A stretch of 64,000 nt of DNA. It comes from Auanema rhodensis. Lineage: Eukaryota > Animalia > Nematoda. Below, in pieces: positions 41,890-56,790 of the stretch (within the stretch, counting starts at the first letter, position 1; the number at the start of each line of letters is the position of its first letter). The notes beneath the pieces are model-generated. The model saw only the letters and a list, made by a program, of their open reading frames with translations, made no database searches and was not told the origin of the DNA. The DNA is taken from NCBI GenBank assembly GCA_964057225.1, contig OZ059899.1:17050001-17114000 (forward strand), in the 5' to 3' direction. The position numbers and the translations under genes are program-made.

Positions 41890-44800
41890 CGATGGACAAT
41901 GTTATTCAACGAAAAAATTAATTCTGCAGGGTGAAAATCGAGGATATAAGTGTGAACTTATATCAGTTGATATCTCGGTGCATTTTTAAGCTAGCGCAAA
42001 TCTGATAACACAGATCGACGCAGCTTAAAAATCCGCATCGAATGCACTATACTACATTGAGAAACGCTTAATACAAAAATTAGTTATGATCGTTTGAAAA
42101 ATGATGCATTAGTGTATGTTGAGTTTCCATGTACACTCAACATTGCTTCCAAAAACATTTTGACAAAAATTTTTTCGAAAAATTTCAGAATATTTTAGCA
42201 AAAAATAGTTGTTTTTAGATTCCTTTTTTCAAGGCAAAGACGATGGACAATGTTATTCAACGAAAAAATTAATTCTGCAGGGTGAAAATCGAGGATATAA
42301 GTGTGAACTTATATCAGTTGATATCTCGGTGCATTTTTAAGCTAGCGCAAATCTGATAACACAAATCGACGCAGCTTAAAAATCCGCATCGAATGCACTA
42401 TACAACATTAAGAAACGCTTAATACAAAAATTAGTTATGATCGTTTGAAAAAAGACGCATTAGTGTATGTTGAGTTTCCATGTACACTCAACATTGCTTC
42501 CAAAAACATTTTGACAAAAATTTTTTCGAAAAATTTCAAAATAATTTCGCAAAAAGTAAATGTTTTTAGATTCCTTTTTTTAAGGCAAAGACGATGGACA
42601 ATGTTATTCAACGAAAAAATTAATTCTGCAGGGTGAAAATCGAGGATATAAGTGTGAACTTATATCAGTTGATATCTCGGTGCATTTTTAAGCTAGCGCA
42701 AATCTGATAACACAGATCGACGCAGCTTAAAAATCCGCATCGATTGCACTATACAACATTGAGAAACGCTTAATACAAAAATTAGTTATGATCGTTTGAA
42801 AAAAGATGCATTAGTGTATGTTGAGTTTCCATGTACACTCAACATTGCTTCCAAAAACATTTTGACAAAAATTTTTTCGAAAAATTTCAAAATAATTTCG
42901 CAAAAAGTAAATGTTTTTAGATTCCTTTTTTTAAGGCAAAGACGATGGACAATGTTATTCAACGAAAAAATTAATTCTGCAGGGTGAAAATCGAGGATAT
43001 AAGTGTGAACTTATATCAGTTGATATCTCGGTGCATTTTTGAGCTAGCGCAAATCTGATAACACAGATCGACGCAGCTTAAAAATTCGCATCGAATGCAC
43101 TATACAACATTGAGAAACGCTTAATACAAAAATTAGTTATGATCGTTTGAAAAAAGACGCATTAGTGTATGTTGAGTTTCCATGTACACTCAACATTGCT
43201 TCCAAAAACATTTTTACAAAAATTTTTCCGAAAAATTTCAAAATAATTTCGCAAAAAGTAGATGTTTTTAGATTCCTTTTTTCAAGGCAAAGACGATGGA
43301 CAATGTTATTCAACGAAAAAATTAATTCTGCAGGGTGAAAATCGAGGATATAAGTGTGAACTTATATCAGTTGATATCTCGGTGCATTTTTGAGCTAGCG
43401 CAAATCTGATAACACAGATCGACGCAGCTTAAAAATTCGCATCGAATGCACTATACAACATTGAGAAACGCTTAATACAAAAATTAGTTATGATCGTTTG
43501 AAAAAAGACGCATTAGTGTATGTTGAGTTTCCATGTACACTCAACATTGCTTCCAAAAACATTTTGACAAAAATTTTTTCGAAAAATTTCAAAATAATTT
43601 CGCAAAAAGTAAATGTTTTTAGATTCCTTTTTTTAAGGCAAAGACGATGGACAATGTTATTCAACGAAAAAATTAATTCTGCAGGGTGAAAATCGAGGAT
43701 ATAAGTGTGAACTTATATCAGTTAATATCTCGGTGCATTTTTAAGCTAGCGCAAATCTGATAACACAGATCGACGCAGCTTAAAAATCCGCATCGAATGC
43801 ACTATACAACATTGAGAAACGCTTAATACAAAAATTAGTTATGATCGTTTGAAAAATGATGCATTAGTGTATGTTGAGTTTCCATGTACACTCAACATTG
43901 CTTCCAAAAACATTTTGACAAAAATTTTTTCGAAAAATTTCAGAATATTTTAGCAAAAAATAGTTGTTTTTAGATTCCTTTTTTCAAGGCAAAGACGATG
44001 GACAATGTTATTCAACGAAAAAATTAATTCTGCAGGGTGAAAATCGAGGATATATGTGTGAACTTATATCAGTTGATATCTCGGTGCATTTTTAAGCTAG
44101 CGCAAATCTGATAACACAGATCGACGCAGCTTAAAAATCCGCATCGAATGCACTATACAACATTGAGAAACGCTTAATACAAAAATTAGTTATGATCGTT
44201 TGAAAAAAGACGCATTAGTGTATGTTGAGTTTCCATGTACACTCAACATTGCTTCCAAAAACATTTTGACAAAAATTTTTTCGAAAAATTTCAAAATAAT
44301 TTCGCAAAAAGTAAATGTTTTTAGATTCCTTTTTTTAAGGCAAAGACGATGGACAATGTTATTCAACGAAAAAATTAATTCTGCAGGGTGAAAATCGAGG
44401 ATATAAGTGTGAACTTATATCAGTTGATATCTCGGTGCATTTTTAAGCTAGCGCAAATCTGATAACACAGATCGACGCAGCTTAAAAATCCGCATCGAAT
44501 GCACTATACTACATTGAGAAACGCTTAATACAAAAATTAGTTATGATCGTTTGAAAAATGATGCATTAGTGTATGTTGAGTTTCCATGTACACTCAACAT
44601 TGCTTCCAAAAACATTTTGACAAAAATTTTTTCGAAAAATTTCAAAATAATTTCGCAAAAAGTAAATGTTTTTAGATTCCTTTTTTTAAGGCAAAGACGA
44701 TGGACAATGTTATTCAACGAAAAAATTAATTCTGCAGGGTGAAAATCGAGGATATAAGTGTGAACTTATATCAGTTGATATCTCGGTGCATTTTTAAGCT

Positions 44801-47800
44801 AGCGCAAATCTGATAACACAGATCGACGCAGCTTAAAAATCCGCATCGAATGCACTATACTACATTGAGAAACGCTTAATACAAAAATTAGTTATGATCG
44901 TTTGAAAAATGATGCATTAGTGTATGTTGAGTTTCCATGTACACTCAACATTGCTTCCAAAAACATTTTGACAAAAATTTTTTCGAAAAATTTCAGAATA
45001 TTTTAGCAAAAAATAGTTGTTTTTAGATTCCTTTTTTCAAGGCAAAGACGATGGACAATGTTATTCAACGAAAAAATTAATTCTGCAGGGTGAAAATCGA
45101 GGATATAAGTGTGAACTTATATCAGTTGATATCTCGGTGCATTTTTAAGCTAGCGCAAATCTGATAACACAAATCGACGCAGCTTAAAAATCCGCATCGA
45201 ATGCACTATACAACATTAAGAAACGCTTAATACAAAAATTAGTTATGATCGTTTGAAAAAAGACGCATTAGTGTATGTTGAGTTTCCATGTACACTCAAC
45301 ATTGCTTCCAAAAACATTTTGACAAAAATTTTTTCGAAAAATTTCAAAATAATTTCGCAAAAAGTAAATGTTTTTAGATTCCTTTTTTTAAGGCAAAGAC
45401 GATGGACAATGTTATTCAACGAAAAAATTAATTCTGCAGGGTGAAAATCGAGGATATAAGTGTGAACTTATATCAGTTGATATCTCGGTGCATTTTTAAG
45501 CTAGCGCAAATCTGATAACACAGATCGACGCAGCTTAAAAATCCGCATCGATTGCACTATACAACATTGAGAAACGCTTAATACAAAAATTAGTTATGAT
45601 CGTTTGAAAAAAGATGCATTAGTGTATGTTGAGTTTCCATGTACACTCAACATTGCTTCCAAAAACATTTTGACAAAAATTTTTTCGAAAAATTTCAAAA
45701 TAATTTCGCAAAAAGTAAATGTTTTTAGATTCCTTTTTTTAAGGCAAAGACGATGGACAATGTTATTCAACGAAAAAATTAATTCTGCAGGGTGAAAATC
45801 GAGGATATAAGTGTGAACTTATATCAGTTGATATCTCGGTGCATTTTTAAGCTAGCGCAAATCTGATAACACAGATCGACGCAGCTTAAAAATTCGCATC
45901 GAATGCACTATACAACATTGAGAAACGCTTAATACAAAAATTAGTTATGATCGTTTGAAAAAAGACGCATTAGTGTATGTTGAGTTTCCATGTACACTCA
46001 ACATTGCTTCCAAAAACATTTTGACAAAAATTTTTTCGAAAAATTTCAAAATAATTTCGCAAAAAGTAAATGTTTTTAGATTCCTTTTTTTAAGGCAAAG
46101 ACGATGGACAATGTTATTCAACGAAAAAATTAATTCTGCAGGGTGAAAATCGAGGATATAAGTGTGAACTTATATCAGTTGATATCTCGGTGCATTTTTG
46201 AGCTAGCGCAAATCTGATAACACAGATCGACGCAGCTTAAAAATTCGCATCGAATGCACTATACAACATTGAGAAACGCTTAATACAAAAATTAGTTATG
46301 ATCGTTTGAAAAAAGACGCATTAGTGTATGTTGAGTTTCCATGTACACTCAACATTGCTTCCAAAAACATTTTTACAAAAATTTTTCCGAAAAATTTCAA
46401 AATAATTTCGCAAAAAGTAGATGTTTTTAGATTCCTTTTTTCAAGGCAAAGACGATGGACAATGTTATTCAACGAAAAAATTAATTCTGCAGGGTGAAAA
46501 TCGAGGATATAAGTGTGAACTTATATCAGTTGATATCTCGGTGCATTTTTGAGCTAGCGCAAATCTGATAACACAGATCGACGCAGCTTAAAAATTCGCA
46601 TCGAATGCACTATACAACATTGAGAAACGCTTAATACAAAAATTAGTTATGATCGTTTGAAAAAAGACGCATTAGTGTATGTTGAGTTTCCATGTACACT
46701 CAACATTGCTTCCAAAAACATTTTGACAAAAATTTTTTCGAAAAATTTCAAAATAATTTCGCAAAAAGTAAATGTTTTTAGATTCCTTTTTTTAAGGCAA
46801 AGACGATGGACAATGTTATTCAACGAAAAAATTAATTCTGCAGGGTGAAAATCGAGGATATAAGTGTGAACTTATATCAGTTAATATCTCGGTGCATTTT
46901 TAAGCTAGCGCAAATCTGATAACACAGATCGACGCAGCTTAAAAATCCGCATCGAATGCACTATACAACATTGAGAAACGCTTAATACAAAAATTAGTTA
47001 TGATCGTTTGAAAAATGATGCATTAGTGTATGTTGAGTTTCCATGTACACTCAACATTGCTTCCAAAAACATTTTGACAAAAATTTTTTCGAAAAATTTC
47101 AGAATATTTTAGCAAAAAATAGTTGTTTTTAGATTCCTTTTTTCAAGGCAAAGACGATGGACAATGTTATTCAACGAAAAAATTAATTCTGCAGGGTGAA
47201 AATCGAGGATATAAGTGTGAACTTATATCAGTTGATATCTCGGTGCATTTTTAAGCTAGCGCAAATCTGATAACACAGATCGACGCAGCTTAAAAATCCG
47301 CATCGAATGCACTATACAACATTGAGAAACGCTTAATACAAAAATTAGTTATGATCGTTTGAAAAAAGACGCATTAGTGTATGTTGAGTTTCCATGTACA
47401 CTCAACATTGCTTCCAAAAACATTTTGACAAAAATTTTTTCGAAAAATTTCAAAATAATTTCGCAAAAAGTAAATGTTTTTAGATTCCTTTTTTTAAGGC
47501 AAAGACGATGGACAATGTTATTCAACGAAAAAATTAATTCTGCAGGGTGAAAATCGAGGATATAAGTGTGAACTTATATCAGTTGATATCTCGGTGAATT
47601 TTTAAGCTAGCGCAAATCTGATAAAACAGATCGACGCAGCTTAAAAATCCGCATCGAATGCACTATACAACATTGAGAAACGCTTAATACAAAAATTAGT
47701 TATGATCGTTTGAAAAAAGACGCATTAGTGTATGTTGAGTTTCCATGTACACTCAACATTGCTTCCAAAAACATTTTGACAAAAATTTTTTCGAAAATTT

Positions 47801-50800
47801 TCAAAATAATTTCGCAAAAAGTAAATGTTTTTAGATTCCTTTTTTTAAGGCAAAGACGATGGACAATGTTATTCAACGAAAAAATTAATTCTGCAGGGTG
47901 AAAATCGAGGATATAAGTGTGAACTTATATCAGTTGATATCTCGGTGCATTTTTAAGCTAGCGCAAATCTGATAACACAGATCGACGCAGCTTAAAAATC
48001 CGCATCGAATGCACTATACAACATTGAGAAACGCTTAATACAAAAATTAGTTATGATCGTTTGAAAAATGATGCATTAGTGTATGTTGAGTTTCCATGTA
48101 CACTCAACATTGCTTCCAAAAACATTTTGACAAAAATTTTTTCGAAAAATTTCAGAATATTTTAGCAAAAAATAGTTGTTTTTAGATTCCTTTTTTCAAG
48201 GCAAAGACGATGGATAATGTTATTCAACGAAAAAATTAATTCTGCAGGGTGAAAATCGAGGATATAAGTGTGAACTTATATCAGTTGATATCTCGGTGCA
48301 TTTTTAAGCTAGCGCAAATCTGATAACACAGATCGACGCAGCTTAAAAATCCGCATCGAATGCACTATACAACATTGAGAAACGCTTAATACAAAAATTA
48401 GTTATGATCGTTTGAAAAATGATGCATTAGTGTATGTTGAGTTTCCATGTACACTCAACATTGCTTCCAAAAACATTTTGACAAAAATTTTTTCGAAAAA
48501 TTTCAAAATAATTTCGCAAAAAGTAAATGTTTTTAGATTCCTTTTTTTAAGGCAAAGACGATGGACAATGTTATTCAACGAAAAAATTAATTCTGCAGGG
48601 TGAAAATCGAGGATATAAGTGTGAACTTATATCAGTTGATATCTCGGTGCATTTTTAAGCTAGCGCAAATCTGATAACACAGATCGACGCAGCTTAAAAA
48701 TCCGCATCGAATGCACTATACTACATTGAGAAACGCTTAATACAAAAATTAGTTATGATCGTTTGAAAAATGATGCATTAGTGTATGTTGAGTTTCCATG
48801 TACACTCAACATTGCTTCCAAAAACATTTTGACAAAAATTTTTTCGAAAAATTTCAGAATATTTTAGCAAAAAATAGTTGTTTTTAGATTCCTTTTTTCA
48901 AGGCAAAGACGATGGACAATGTTATTCAACGAAAAAATTAATTCTGCAGGGTGAAAATCGAGGATATAAGTGTGAACTTATATCAGTTGATATCTCGGTG
49001 CATTTTTAAGCTAGCGCAAATCTGATAACACAAATCGACGCAGCTTAAAAATCCGCATCGAATGCACTATACAACATTAAGAAACGCTTAATACAAAAAT
49101 TAGTTATGATCGTTTGAAAAAAGACGCATTAGTGTATGTTGAGTTTCCATGTACACTCAACATTGCTTCCAAAAACATTTTGACAAAAATTTTTTCGAAA
49201 AATTTCAAAATAATTTCGCAAAAAGTAAATGTTTTTAGATTCCTTTTTTTAAGGCAAAGACGATGGACAATGTTATTCAACGAAAAAATTAATTCTGCAG
49301 GGTGAAAATCGAGGATATAAGTGTGAACTTATATCAGTTGATATCTCGGTGCATTTTTAAGCTAGCGCAAATCTGATAACACAGATCGACGCAGCTTAAA
49401 AATCCGCATCGAATGCACTATACAACATTGAGAAACGCTTGATACAAAAATTAGTTATGATCGTTTGAAAAATGATGCATTAGTGTATGTTGAGTTTCCA
49501 TGTACACTCAACATTGCTTCCAAAAACATTTTTACAAAAATTTTTCCGAAAAATTTCGAAATAATTTCGCAAAAAGTAGATGTTTTTAGATTCCTTTTTT
49601 CAAGGCAAAGACGATGGACATTGTTATTCAACGAAAAAATTGATTCTGCAGGGTGAAAATCGAGGATATAAGTGTGAACTTATATCAGTTGATATCTCGG
49701 TGCATTTTTAAGCTAGCGCAAATCTGATAACACAGATCGACGCAGCTTAAAAATCCGCATCGAATGCACTATACAACATTGAGAAACGCTCAACACAAAA
49801 ATTAGTTATGATCGTTTGAAAAATGATGCATTAGTGTATGTTGAGTTTCCATGTACACTCAACATTGCTTCCAAAAACATTTTTACAAAAATTTTTCCGA
49901 AAAATTTCGAAATAATTTCGCAAAAAGTAGATGTTTTTAGATTCCTTTTTTCAAGGCAAAGACGATGGACATTGTTATTCAACGAAAAAATTAATTCTGC
50001 AGGGTGAAAATCGAGGATATAAGTGTGAACTTATATCAGTTGATATCTCGGTGCATTTTTAAGCTAGCGCAAATCTGATAACACAGATCGACGCAGCTTA
50101 AAAATCCGCATCGAATGCACTATACTTCATTGAGAAACGCTTGATACAAAAATTAGTTATGATCGTTTGAAAAAAGATGCATTAGTGTATGTTGAGTTTC
50201 CATGTACACTCAACATTGCTTCCAAAAACATTTTGACAAAAATTTTTTCGAAAAATTTCAGAATATTTTAGCAAAAAATAGTTGTTTTTAGATTCCTTTT
50301 TTCAAGGCAAAGACGATGGACAATGTTATTCAACGAAAAAATTAATTCTGCAGGGTGAAAATCGAGGATATAAGTGTGAACTTATATCAGTTGATATCTC
50401 GGTGCATTTTTAAGCTAGCGCAAATCTGATAACACAGATCGACGCAGCTTAAAAATCCGCATCGAATGCACTATACTACATTGAGAAACGCTTAATACAA
50501 AAATTAGTTATGATCGTTTGAAAAATGATGCATTAGTGTATGTTGAGTTTCCATGTACACTCAACATTGCTTCCAAAAACATTTTGACAAAAATTTTTTC
50601 GAAAAATTTCAGAATATTTTAGCAAAAAATAGTTGTTTTTAGATTCCTTTTTTCAAGGCAAAGACGATGGACAATGTTATTCAACGAAAAAATTAATTCT
50701 GCAGGGTGAAAATCGAGGATATAAGTGTGAACTTATATCAGTTGATATCTCGGTGCATTTTTAAGCTAGCGCAAATCTGATAACACAAATCGACGCAGCT

Positions 50801-53800
50801 TAAAAATCCGCATCGAATGCACTATACAACATTAAGAAACGCTTAATACAAAAATTAGTTATGATCGTTTGAAAAAAGACGCATTAGTGTATGTTGAGTT
50901 TCCATGTACACTCAACATTGCTTCCAAAAACATTTTGACAAAAATTTTTTCGAAAAATTTCAAAATAATTTCGCAAAAAGTAAATGTTTTTAGATTCCTT
51001 TTTTTAAGGCAAAGACGATGGACAATGTTATTCAACGAAAAAATTAATTCTGCAGGGTGAAAATCGAGGATATAAGTGTGAACTTATATCAGTTGATATC
51101 TCGGTGCATTTTTAAGCTAGCGCAAATCTGATAACACAGATCGACGCAGCTTAAAAATCCGCATCGATTGCACTATACAACATTGAGAAACGCTTAATAC
51201 AAAAATTAGTTATGATCGTTTGAAAAAAGATGCATTAGTGTATGTTGAGTTTCCATGTACACTCAACATTGCTTCCAAAAACATTTTGACAAAAATTTTT
51301 TCGAAAAATTTCAAAATAATTTCGCAAAAAGTAAATGTTTTTAGATTCCTTTTTTTAAGGCAAAGACGATGGACAATGTTATTCAACGAAAAAATTAATT
51401 CTGCAGGGTGAAAATCGAGGATATAAGTGTGAACTTATATCAGTTGATATCTCGGTGCATTTTTGAGCTAGCGCAAATCTGATAACACAGATCGACGCAG
51501 CTTAAAAATTCGCATCGAATGCACTATACAACATTGAGAAACGCTTAATACAAAAATTAGTTATGATCGTTTGAAAAAAGACGCATTAGTGTATGTTGAG
51601 TTTCCATGTACACTCAACATTGCTTCCAAAAACATTTTTACAAAAATTTTTCCGAAAAATTTCAAAATAATTTCGCAAAAAGTAGATGTTTTTAGATTCC
51701 TTTTTTCAAGGCAAAGACGATGGACAATGTTATTCAACGAAAAAATTAATTCTGCAGGGTGAAAATCGAGGATATAAGTGTGAACTTATATCAGTTGATA
51801 TCTCGGTGCATTTTTGAGCTAGCGCAAATCTGATAACACAGATCGACGCAGCTTAAAAATTCGCATCGAATGCACTATACAACATTGAGAAACGCTTAAT
51901 ACAAAAATTAGTTATGATCGTTTGAAAAAAGACGCATTAGTGTATGTTGAGTTTCCATGTACACTCAACATTGCTTCCAAAAACATTTTGACAAAAATTT
52001 TTTCGAAAAATTTCAAAATAATTTCGCAAAAAGTAAATGTTTTTAGATTCCTTTTTTTAAGGCAAAGACGATGGACAATGTTATTCAACGAAAAAATTAA
52101 TTCTGCAGGGTGAAAATCGAGGATATAAGTGTGAACTTATATCAGTTAATATCTCGGTGCATTTTTAAGCTAGCGCAAATCTGATAACACAGATCGACGC
52201 AGCTTAAAAATCCGCATCGAATGCACTATACAACATTGAGAAACGCTTAATACAAAAATTAGTTATGATCGTTTGAAAAATGATGCATTGGTGTATGTTG
52301 AGTTTCCATGTACACTCAGCATTGCTTCCAAAAACATTTTGACAAAAATTTTTTCGAAAAATTTCAGAATATTTTAGCAAAAAATAGTTGTTTTTAGATT
52401 CCTTTTTTCAAGGCAAAGACGATGGACAATGTTATTCAACGAAAAAATTAATTCTGCAGGGTGAAAATCGAGGATATATGTGTGAACTTATATCAGTTGA
52501 TATCTCGGTGCATTTTTAAGCTAGCGCAAATCTGATAACACAGATCGACGCAGCTTAAAAATCCGCATCGAATGCACTATACAACATTGAGAAACGCTTA
52601 ATACAAAAATTAGTTATGATTGTTTGAAAAAAGACGCATTAGTGTATGTTGAGTTTCCATGTACACTCAACATTGCTTCCAAAAACATTTTGACAAAAAT
52701 TTTTTCGAAAAATTTCAAAATAATTTCGCAAAAAGTAAATGTTTTTAGATTCCTTTTTTTAAGGCAAAGACGATGGACAATGTTATTCAACGAAAAAATT
52801 AATTCTGCAGGGTGAAAATCGAGGATATAAGTGTGAACTTATATCAGTTGATATCTCGGTGCATTTTTAAGCTAGCGCAAATCTGATAACACAGATCGAC
52901 GCAGCTTAAAAATCCGCATCGAATGCACTATACTACATTGAGAAACGCTTAATACAAAAATTAGTTATGATCGTTTGAAAAATGATGCATTAGTGTATGT
53001 TGAGTTTCCATGTACACTCAACATTGCTTCCAAAAACATTTTGACAAAAATTTTTTCGAAAAATTTCAAAATAATTTCGCAAAAAGTAAATGTTTTTAGA
53101 TTCCTTTTTTTAAGGCAAAGACGATGGACAATGTTATTCAACGAAAAAATTAATTCTGCAGGGTGAAAATCGAGGATATAAGTGTGAACTTATATCAGTT
53201 GATATCTCGGTGCATTTTTAAGCTAGCGCAAATCTGATAACACAGATCGACGCAGCTTAAAAATCCGCATCGAATGCACTATACTACATTGAGAAACGCT
53301 TAATACAAAAATTAGTTATGATCGTTTGAAAAATGATGCATTAGTGTATGTTGAGTTTCCATGTACACTCAACATTGCTTCCAAAAACATTTTGACAAAA
53401 ATTTTTTCGAAAAATTTCAGAATATTTTAGCAAAAAATAGTTGTTTTTAGATTCCTTTTTTCAAGGCAAAGACGATGGACAATGTTATTCAACGAAAAAA
53501 TTAATTCTGCAGGGTGAAAATCGAGGATATAAGTGTGAACTTATATCAGTTGATATCTCGGTGCATTTTTAAGCTAGCGCAAATCTGATAACACAAATCG
53601 ACGCAGCTTAAAAATCCGCATCGAATGCACTATACAACATTAAGAAACGCTTAATACAAAAATTAGTTATGATCGTTTGAAAAAAGACGCATTAGTGTAT
53701 GTTGAGTTTCCATGTACACTCAACATTGCTTCCAAAAACATTTTGACAAAAATTTTTTCGAAAAATTTCAAAATAATTTCGCAAAAAGTAAATGTTTTTA

Positions 53801-56790
53801 GATTCCTTTTTTTAAGGCAAAGACGATGGACAATGTTATTCAACGAAAAAATTAATTCTGCAGGGTGAAAATCGAGGATATAAGTGTGAACTTATATCAG
53901 TTGATATCTCGGTGCATTTTTAAGCTAGCGCAAATCTGATAACACAGATCGACGCAGCTTAAAAATCCGCATCGATTGCACTATACAACATTGAGAAACG
54001 CTTAATACAAAAATTAGTTATGATCGTTTGAAAAAAGATGCATTAGTGTATGTTGAGTTTCCATGTACACTCAACATTGCTTCCAAAAACATTTTGACAA
54101 AAATTTTTTCGAAAAATTTCAAAATAATTTCGCAAAAAGTAAATGTTTTTAGATTCCTTTTTTTAAGGCAAAGACGATGGACAATGTTATTCAACGAAAA
54201 AATTAATTCTGCAGGGTGAAAATCGAGGATATAAGTGTGAACTTATATCAGTTGATATCTCGGTGCATTTTTAAGCTAGCGCAAATCTGATAACACAGAT
54301 CGACGCAGCTTAAAAATTCGCATCGAATGCACTATACAACATTGAGAAACGCTTAATACAAAAATTAGTTATGATCGTTTGAAAAAAGACGCATTAGTGT
54401 ATGTTGAGTTTCCATGTACACTCAACATTGCTTCCAAAAACATTTTGACAAAAATTTTTTCGAAAAATTTCAAAATAATTTCGCAAAAAGTAAATGTTTT
54501 TAGATTCCTTTTTTTAAGGCAAAGACGATGGACAATGTTATTCAACGAAAAAATTAATTCTGCAGGGTGAAAATCGAGGATATAAGTGTGAACTTATATC
54601 AGTTGATATCTCGGTGCATTTTTGAGCTAGCGCAAATCTGATAACACAGATCGACGCAGCTTAAAAATTCGCATCGAATGCACTATACAACATTGAGAAA
54701 CGCTTAATACAAAAATTAGTTATGATCGTTTGAAAAAAGACGCATTAGTGTATGTTGAGTTTCCATGTACACTCAACATTGCTTCCAAAAACATTTTTAC
54801 AAAAATTTTTCCGAAAAATTTCAAAATAATTTCGCAAAAAGTAGATGTTTTTAGATTCCTTTTTTCAAGGCAAAGACGATGGACAATGTTATTCAACGAA
54901 AAAATTAATTCTGCAGGGTGAAAATCGAGGATATAAGTGTGAACTTATATCAGTTGATATCTCGGTGCATTTTTGAGCTAGCGCAAATCTGATAACACAG
55001 ATCGACGCAGCTTAAAAATTCGCATCGAATGCACTATACAACATTGAGAAACGCTTAATACAAAAATTAGTTATGATCGTTTGAAAAAAGACGCATTAGT
55101 GTATGTTGAGTTTCCATGTACACTCAACATTGCTTCCAAAAACATTTTGACAAAAATTTTTTCGAAAAATTTCAAAATAATTTCGCAAAAAGTAAATGTT
55201 TTTAGATTCCTTTTTTTAAGGCAAAGACGATGGACAATGTTATTCAACGAAAAAATTAATTCTGCAGGGTGAAAATCGAGGATATAAGTGTGAACTTATA
55301 TCAGTTAATATCTCGGTGCATTTTTAAGCTAGCGCAAATCTGATAACACAGATCGACGCAGCTTAAAAATCCGCATCGAATGCACTATACAACATTGAGA
55401 AACGCTTAATACAAAAATTAGTTATGATCGTTTGAAAAATGATGCATTAGTGTATGTTGAGTTTCCATGTACACTCAACATTGCTTCCAAAAACATTTTG
55501 ACAAAAATTTTTTCGAAAAATTTCAGAATATTTTAGCAAAAAATAGTTGTTTTTAGATTCCTTTTTTCAAGGCAAAGACGATGGACAATGTTATTCAACG
55601 AAAAAATTAATTCTGCAGGGTGAAAATCGAGGATATAAGTGTGAACTTATATCAGTTGATATCTCGGTGCATTTTTAAGCTAGCGCAAATCTGATAACAC
55701 AGATCGACGCAGCTTAAAAATCCGCATCGAATGCACTATACAACATTGAGAAACGCTTAATACAAAAATTAGTTATGATCGTTTGAAAAAAGACGCATTA
55801 GTGTATGTTGAGTTTCCATGTACACTCAACATTGCTTCCAAAAACATTTTGACAAAAATTTTTTCGAAAAATTTCAAAATAATTTCGCAAAAAGTAAATG
55901 TTTTTAGATTCCTTTTTTTAAGGCAAAGACGATGGACAATGTTATTCAACGAAAAAATTAATTCTGCAGGGTGAAAATCGAGGATATAAGTGTGAACTTA
56001 TATCAGTTGATATCTCGGTGAATTTTTAAGCTAGCGCAAATCTGATAAAACAGATCGACGCAGCTTAAAAATCCGCATCGAATGCACTATACAACATTGA
56101 GAAACGCTTAATACAAAAATTAGTTATGATCGTTTGAAAAAAGACGCATTAGTGTATGTTGAGTTTCCATGTACACTCAACATTGCTTCCAAAAACATTT
56201 TGACAAAAATTTTTTCGAAAATTTTCAAAATAATTTCGCAAAAAGTAAATGTTTTTAGATTCCTTTTTTTAAGGCAAAGACGATGGACAATGTTATTCAA
56301 CGAAAAAATTAATTCTGCAGGGTGAAAATCGAGGATATAAGTGTGAACTTATATCAGTTGATATCTCGGTGCATTTTTAAGCTAGCGCAAATCTGATAAC
56401 ACAGATCGACGCAGCTTAAAAATCCGCATCGAATGCACTATACAACATTGAGAAACGCTTAATACAAAAATTAGTTATGATCGTTTGAAAAATGATGCAT
56501 TAGTGTATGTTGAGTTTCCATGTACACTCAACATTGCTTCCAAAAACATTTTGACAAAAATTTTTTCGAAAAATTTCAGAATATTTTAGCAAAAAATAGT
56601 TGTTTTTAGATTCCTTTTTTCAAGGCAAAGACGATGGATAATGTTATTCAACGAAAAAATTAATTCTGCAGGGTGAAAATCGAGGATATAAGTGTGAACT
56701 TATATCAGTTGATATCTCGGTGCATTTTTAAGCTAGCGCAAATCTGATAACACAGATCGACGCAGCTTAAAAATCCGCATCGAATGCACT
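41890..56790. repeat. About 6.5-kb block duplicated at an offset of 8424 bp (24 monomers): roughly 41890-48370 and 50314-56790
   Basis: Rare SNPs recur exactly 8424 bp apart: GTTAATATC, GATATATGTG, CGAAAATTTTC (units 47710/56134), TGGATAATG and ATCGATTGC. Boundaries are approximate. Confidence 0.88.
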
